Positions 58,921 to 64,000 of a DNA stretch of 64,000 bases are shown here, piece by piece. Under the pieces are notes generated by a model. It saw only the letters and a program-made list of their open reading frames with translations. It ran no database searches and was not told the origin of the DNA. Position 1 is the first letter of the stretch. Each line of letters begins with the position of its first letter. Source of the DNA: Heteronotia binoei (lineage: Eukaryota); the NCBI RefSeq assembly GCF_032191835.1, contig NC_083236.1:1860001-1924000 (forward strand). Reading direction: 5' to 3'. Made by a program: the position numbers and the translations under genes.

Positions 58921-59942
58921 AATCTCAGCTATCTGAGAGAGCTCAGCTCATCATACTAAACAGCAGAAAACCCTCTACCCGGAAATCGTATTTGTACACA
59001 TGGTCGAAATTCGTCCAATTTTCCGCGGACTATGCCTCAGAGCCGGGGGTGGCAGGATTGCGTATAATTTTTGACTTTATGCTTTCTCTGGTGGATCAAG
59101 GCTTAACAGTGTCCTCGGTGCATGTTTACTTGGCAGCCATCTCGGCTGAGCACTCCCAGATTGATGGACATTCCGTCTTCACCCACCCTGATACCAAGAG
59201 GTTTCTCAAGGGCATTGCTAGACTGTATCCTGCGGTGCGGGTACCTGCCCCAGCTTGGGACTTGTCCCTGGTTCTTCGGGCTCTAGCGGGGAAGCCTTTC
59301 AAACCAATGGCCACCTGCTCTCACCAGCTACTGACTTGGAAGACAGCCTTCCTGGTAGCTGTTACATCTGCCAGACGTGTAGGCGAGCTGGCGGCACTTC
59401 GATGCGATGCTCCTTATTTGTGTTTCACTGCTGAGGGTGTGGTACTTCGTCTTGATATCACCTTTTTACCCAAGGTGATCTTGTCTTTTTACCTTAATAC
59501 TGAGATCTGCTTGCCGATTTACTTCCCCAATTCGACTAATGAGTCTGAGCGTAGGTTGCATGCCTTGGACGTGAAGAGGGCGCTGCTCTTCTATCTGCAT
59601 CGTTCTAATCCCTCTCGGAGGGACTCCAGACTTTTCGTTTCTTATGCAACCGCCTCTTTAGGGCAGAGGATATCGTCTCAGAGGCTGTCGAAGTGGATTA
59701 CGGACACCATCCGGCTTTGTTATCTTCTGAGTAAAACGCCTCTCCCAGGACCGATCTGGGCCCATTCCACGCGGGCGATGGCAACCTCGGCAGCGTTTAT
59801 GAAAGCTGTTCCTCTTCAGGACATTTGCAAGGCTGCCACCTGGTCTTCCGTGCATATCTTCGTGAATCACTATGCGCTGGACTTGCGGCTACGCCAAGAC
59901 TCTTCGGAGGGCCGTGCTGTGCTTCAGTCTGTCTCCTGCTGA
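58659..59942 (+). CDS. DIRS D tyrosine recombinase, open, with catalytic motifs intact
   Basis: SARRVGEL, AHSTRA, TWSS..F.NHY. Confidence 0.88.
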   Translation: MELSPGVPVPPPHSPDYQGGAEDLEGKASGHPSNAVVAEAALVLPGSVSHQRQVSPLPSGSKPPALSSGAGCAPRCSTSKADCVAPVKSQLSERAQLIILNSRKPSTRKSYLYTWSKFVQFSADYASEPGVAGLRIIFDFMLSLVDQGLTVSSVHVYLAAISAEHSQIDGHSVFTHPDTKRFLKGIARLYPAVRVPAPAWDLSLVLRALAGKPFKPMATCSHQLLTWKTAFLVAVTSARRVGELAALRCDAPYLCFTAEGVVLRLDITFLPKVILSFYLNTEICLPIYFPNSTNESERRLHALDVKRALLFYLHRSNPSRRDSRLFVSYATASLGQRISSQRLSKWITDTIRLCYLLSKTPLPGPIWAHSTRAMATSAAFMKAVPLQDICKAATWSSVHIFVNHYALDLRLRQDSSEGRAVLQSVSC

Positions 59943-60967
59943 TGGACCGTCGCACCCTCCTCCAGGTAGGATTTGAGCTTGTTAGTCTCCCATCAGTGTG
60001 ATGCACAGAGACCACAAAGAAGATAAACAGGTTTCTTACCTGTAACTGATGATCTTCAAGTGGTCATCTGTGCAGTCACACTACCCGCCCTCCTTCCCCT
60101 CTGCTGCCGGTCCATCTTTGGGGCTTATGCAGCGGCCAGAAGGAACTGGCGGGATGTCCGCCCCCGTCTCAGTGAGCATGCGCAGTGGGGCTTCTGGGCA
60201 TGCGCACTGGGACGTCGGCGCGGAAATCCACAGCTTTGAAGTTTACTGATCGAGATCGGCGCTGGCGCCTTATCCCCATCAGTGTGACTGCACAGATGAC
60301 CACTCGAAGATCATCAGTTACAGGTAAGAAACCTGTTTTAGATGCTGCTTTGATCTCTCATGCTTGACAATTAATGAGCAATTATAATATTTACTAAGTT
60401 TCTGCTATGTAATATTAACCAATTCTTGAAAAATATGATTTTGTTCCTTTGTGTTATACATGGAAAATATAACTCACTCTACCCAGCACATTTCTAAATG
60501 ATGCCATTTCCCCCAAACAGCTCCTGTTCCCCTGTGCCGCCTGCAGGGTCCTTTCAGGATCTGAAGGCAGTCCACTACTTCTTCACTCGTGGTTTCCTTC
60601 TTTTCTTTTTCTTTTTTACTATCTGATTGCTTCTCATAATTACGTTCCATCTAGCAAAGCCCCAAACACTGCATTTCTATGACATTCATTCCATACCCAA
60701 AGCTCGGTTGTTCTTCAAGAACCCTTTTCTACATCCAAAGCAAGTAGAAGTTTTTAAACTAAACAATAACATTAAAACATAGTTAATTGACATGAGATCT
60801 CTTCGTGCAGTCTATTTTTAGGTTGAAATCTAATATTATAAAGCGTACCTAAAAATGTACTCTTTGTTATATTCAGGTTTTTGAAAATATTTAGTCTGCA
60901 ACTTGAGATTGACTGTTGCCCTGTTAAGCAATATACTTTTCACGTTCCAGATGGCAAGTTCCAGTTT

Positions 60968-61403
60968 CAATGAATTTGCTGAGCTGTCAGGTTAAAACGG
61001 ATAAAAGGAAGTACTTCTTTACCCAAAGGGTGATTAACATGTGGAATTCACTGCCACAGGAGGTGGTGGCGGCTACAAGCATAGCCAGCTTCAAGAGGGG
61101 TTTGGATATAAATATGAAGCAGAGGTCCATCCCTGGCTGGAAGAAGAAGAGGATGTATAGACTAAGGGGGGTGGGTTGGGGGGAAATATGTAAAATGGAT
61201 ATCAGAAAGTGTGTAGAGAAATGGATAATGAATAATAATAATAAAATATACATATAAATAAAAAAGAAGCAGAGGTCCATCAGTGGCTATTAGCCACAGT
61301 ATCTATATATATGTGTGTGTGTATACACACACACACACATATATTGGCCACTGTGTGACACAGAGTGTTGGACTGGATGAGCCATGGCTTCTTAAGTTCT
61401 CAG
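60968..61403 (+). mobile_element. CR1 3' end
   Basis: VKTDKRKYFFTQRVINMWNSLPQEVV; ends ttcttaagttct. Confidence 0.88.
61132..61265 (+). mobile_element. Very short retroposed 3' UTR stub, probably L1, inside the CR1
   Basis: 16-bp TSD GAAGCAGAGGTCCATC (61116-61131 and 61266-61281); G-rich tract; AATAAA and A tail. Confidence 0.75.
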
Positions 61404-61814
61404 TTGCTGTAAGTATGGATTGGTGCAAATGGTAATCTACATTGTGTGGTCTAAAGGATGGTTTTAAAGTTTTTGCTGAAGCTCCAGAGAGTCCATATCT
61501 GTCAAGCAATTGGATCTCAAAGTAATCAGTCCTTGATTTGAAACAAAGTATGATTTATTGATAATCCAGGATTGAGCTAAGGATTGGAACTGATACACAG
61601 TAACAGTGAAAGGCATACTTAAAGGTGGCACATCAAAGGGTTTTCTAAACAAAGCTACATTCTCTAAACAATGCTGTATTCACGTGTGAAGATTCACATG
61701 GCAACTCCTTATCTCCCCTGTGGTTTCCTTCCCTGGGAGCAGGCCTGAGAACCTGTCCCTGGAGGTGCTTATCTTCAAAGAGCGTATTCCTGCATTTGTT
61801 AGTGAAAGCGAGAG

Positions 61815-63770
61815 AGGCGAAAGAGGCCGCCCAGAAAAAGGACCCTTGGGGGGGAAACAAGCTGATAGTCGAGGCGGAGGCCGAGGGAAAAGACCGGCCG
61901 AACGGATTAACAAAGGGGGAAGGAGGGTTCTGGTACCACGAGGGGAAACTGTATGTCCCAAAATCCTTAAGGGTGGAGGTGCTACAACATTGTCACACCA
62001 ACAAACTAGCCGGGCATTTTGGATATGTAAAAACCCTCCACCTAGTGCATCAGCAGTTCTGGTGGCCACAAATGAAAAAAGACATTTCAGAATTCATACA
62101 AACGTGCCACTTGCATCATGGCAAAAAAGGAGGGGGGAAAGGTGCCGGGACTCTTACAGCCCCTCGCCACCACAGAGCGGCCCTGGTTGGTAGTGTCAAT
62201 GGACTTTATTGTGGAACTGCCTCCCTCTAGGGGCCGGACTGTAATACTGGTGGTGGTGGACACTTTCTCAAAGCAAGCCCATTTCATTCCTTGCCGAAAG
62301 CTCCCCACAGCAAAGGAATTGGCTTATCTCTTCTTTTTACACGTGGTCCGGGTCCACTTGTTCCTCGATAAGGTCATTAGCGACCGCGGGCCACAATTCA
62401 TTGCCAACTTCTGGCGGGAGTTTTGCAAGCTCACCGGGATGGAGCAGGGACTAAGCTCTGCCTACCACCCGCAGATGGACGGTCAGAGTGAGCGGGTGAA
62501 TGGGCTTTTAGAGCAATACTTGCGGTGCTACATAAGCTTTCAGCAGTCTAACTGGGTGGAGCTTCTACCCTTCGCAGAATACGGATATAATAACAGCCTC
62601 CACAGCTCTACCAAAGTGTCCCCCTTCCAAGCTGTGCATGGCTATGAAGGGAAGCCCTTCCCCTCTCTACCCGGAGGCGGGGACCAACCGCTCTCCGCGG
62701 ACTGCCAACAATGGTGAGGAAAGTTAGAAAAATCCTGGAAAATCATCCAAGAGAACTTGAAGGAAGCAAAAAAGGACTACAAAGACCAATTTGACAAAAA
62801 GCACAGCCCGGGGTGGGATTTCAAGGAGGGAGAGAATATATTCCTGTCCACAAAAAACCTCCCATTACCCCAGACCTCCAGAAAGCTGGCCTATCGCTTC
62901 CTAGGCCCCTTCAAGATAAAAAGAGTGATCAACAAAGTGACTGTAGAACTGGACTTGCCCAAACTGTTCAGTAAAATACACCCTGTTTTCCATTGCAGTC
63001 TTATCCGTTGGGATCCGGGTGGTTCAAAATGGCATCCTCGGAGCCCCGAGCCGGAACCTATTCTGGTGAAGGGCCAGAAACATCATGAAATGAAGGAGAT
63101 CCTCGACTCTAAAATGCATAGGGGGGGTTTACACTACTTAGTACGCTGGCGCTACTTTCCGCCCAGCTGCGACGAGTGGGTAAAATCCTCTGATATCAAC
63201 GCTCCTCAATTACTCAAGCAATTTTCCCTACTGCACCCAGAAAAACCCCGAGCAAGAGCTTAGGGGGGCAGTATGTCAGGCAATGTTCAATTGAAGTCAG
63301 TTATATTTTTTAATTGTAACTAATCCATGCTTACTAACCCCCATGCCTAATAAAATGCTAACCTACTAACACTTGCACGCTGCAAATGAAGGAGGGGTGG
63401 GAAAGGAGGTTGCCAGAACTCCAAAGGGCAGCCCAGCCTTTGAAGTGCAGAATACCAGGCTAGCTGCCCTGGCGCCTCCCGAGCGAGAGCAAGGACACCA
63501 CCGAGAGGGAGGATGTAACTATCCCTAGCGAAAGATAAGCGGCATGTGAAAGTAGCAATTGCGGGGACGACTGTAGATTTATTATGAGAAGTAATTTAAC
63601 GCCCCAGTCTTTGAAGTATATTCATAAATACCAATGGCTCAGACTATACGTTATCAGTTTCAATAGTTCTATGTGGAGAGTAACATTGTTGTAATCAATA
63701 AATGAAACTTAGTTTCTTAACCAAGTCGCCTTTGATCATTTTGGGGACTTCAATGAACCCTTTGCTGACA
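61815..63770 (+). mobile_element. Ty3/gypsy chromovirus 3' fragment (copy G3): integrase, chromodomain, polypurine tract and 3' LTR 63274-63770
   Basis: SDRGPQF, GQSERVN; chromodomain YLVRWRYFPPSCDEW; ttaggggggcagta followed by TGTCAG...CTGACA; left boundary approximate. Confidence 0.9.
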
Positions 63771-64000
63771 TGTAGAAGCACCAGAACTTTCATTGACACA
63801 GGTGGTTAAGTAGTCTTGGTTCCTTCAAACGGTTTCCTTTCCAGAAGTCTCCTTCCCTGGGAGTATCATGCAGATATTCTAATTGCCAGAGCCTAAAAAG
63901 AGCATGTGAATTCGAATAGCTCTTCATGCCAGATGTGCATGGTAACTTTTCTAAATATGTCCTATGAAAAGAGAAATCTCCCTGTGGGGACTGTACAGAT

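Larger units (their letters stand above)
43006..60338 (+). mobile_element. DIRS1-type retrotransposon (copy D) split by nested insertions; DIRS-derived parts 43006-45303, 50197-50996, 51402-51554, 58188-60338
   Basis: Left end at 43006 and right end at 60338; ICR junction 60024|60025; gag and RNase H continue across the gypsy and L1 TSDs. Confidence 0.92.

Noticed and set aside
18981-64000. Next GABBR2 exon ([20 protein letters not shown]-like)
   Set aside because: Scanned the non-repeat stretches by eye and found no match; it probably lies beyond the window (or, less likely, in the gap)

Overview
Vertebrate (squamate, probably gecko) genomic DNA from inside the GABA-B receptor subunit 2 gene (GABBR2, + strand). 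Three internal coding exons are present (7360-7425, 15740-15940, 18744-18980); I did not find the next exon, so 18981-64000 reads as one intron of at least 45 kb. Most of the window is transposable elements: five DIRS1-type tyrosine-recombinase retrotransposons or remnants (all + strand), three Ty3/gypsy chromovirus copies, L1, CR1 and L2 LINEs, tRNA- and 5S-derived SINEs and hAT-type MITEs. DIRS copy D (43006-60338) holds a nest of younger insertions. There is a 152-N assembly gap at 38886-39037. The most unusual signals are: (1) an apparent spliceosomal intron just after the recombinase stop codon in two DIRS copies, missing at the matching point in a third, together with an invariant CAG|GTAAG donor at the DIRS right end and an RS-rich gag segment; (2) a full-length L1 with a twin-priming 5' inversion and a 15-bp TSD; (3) a 5'-intact, 3'-truncated L1 insertion with its own 14-bp TSD; (4) a gypsy copy whose two LTRs are complementary halves; (5) a PEG10-type GGGAAAC plus pseudoknot frameshift signal. 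All calls come from reading the sequence by eye; no searches were run.
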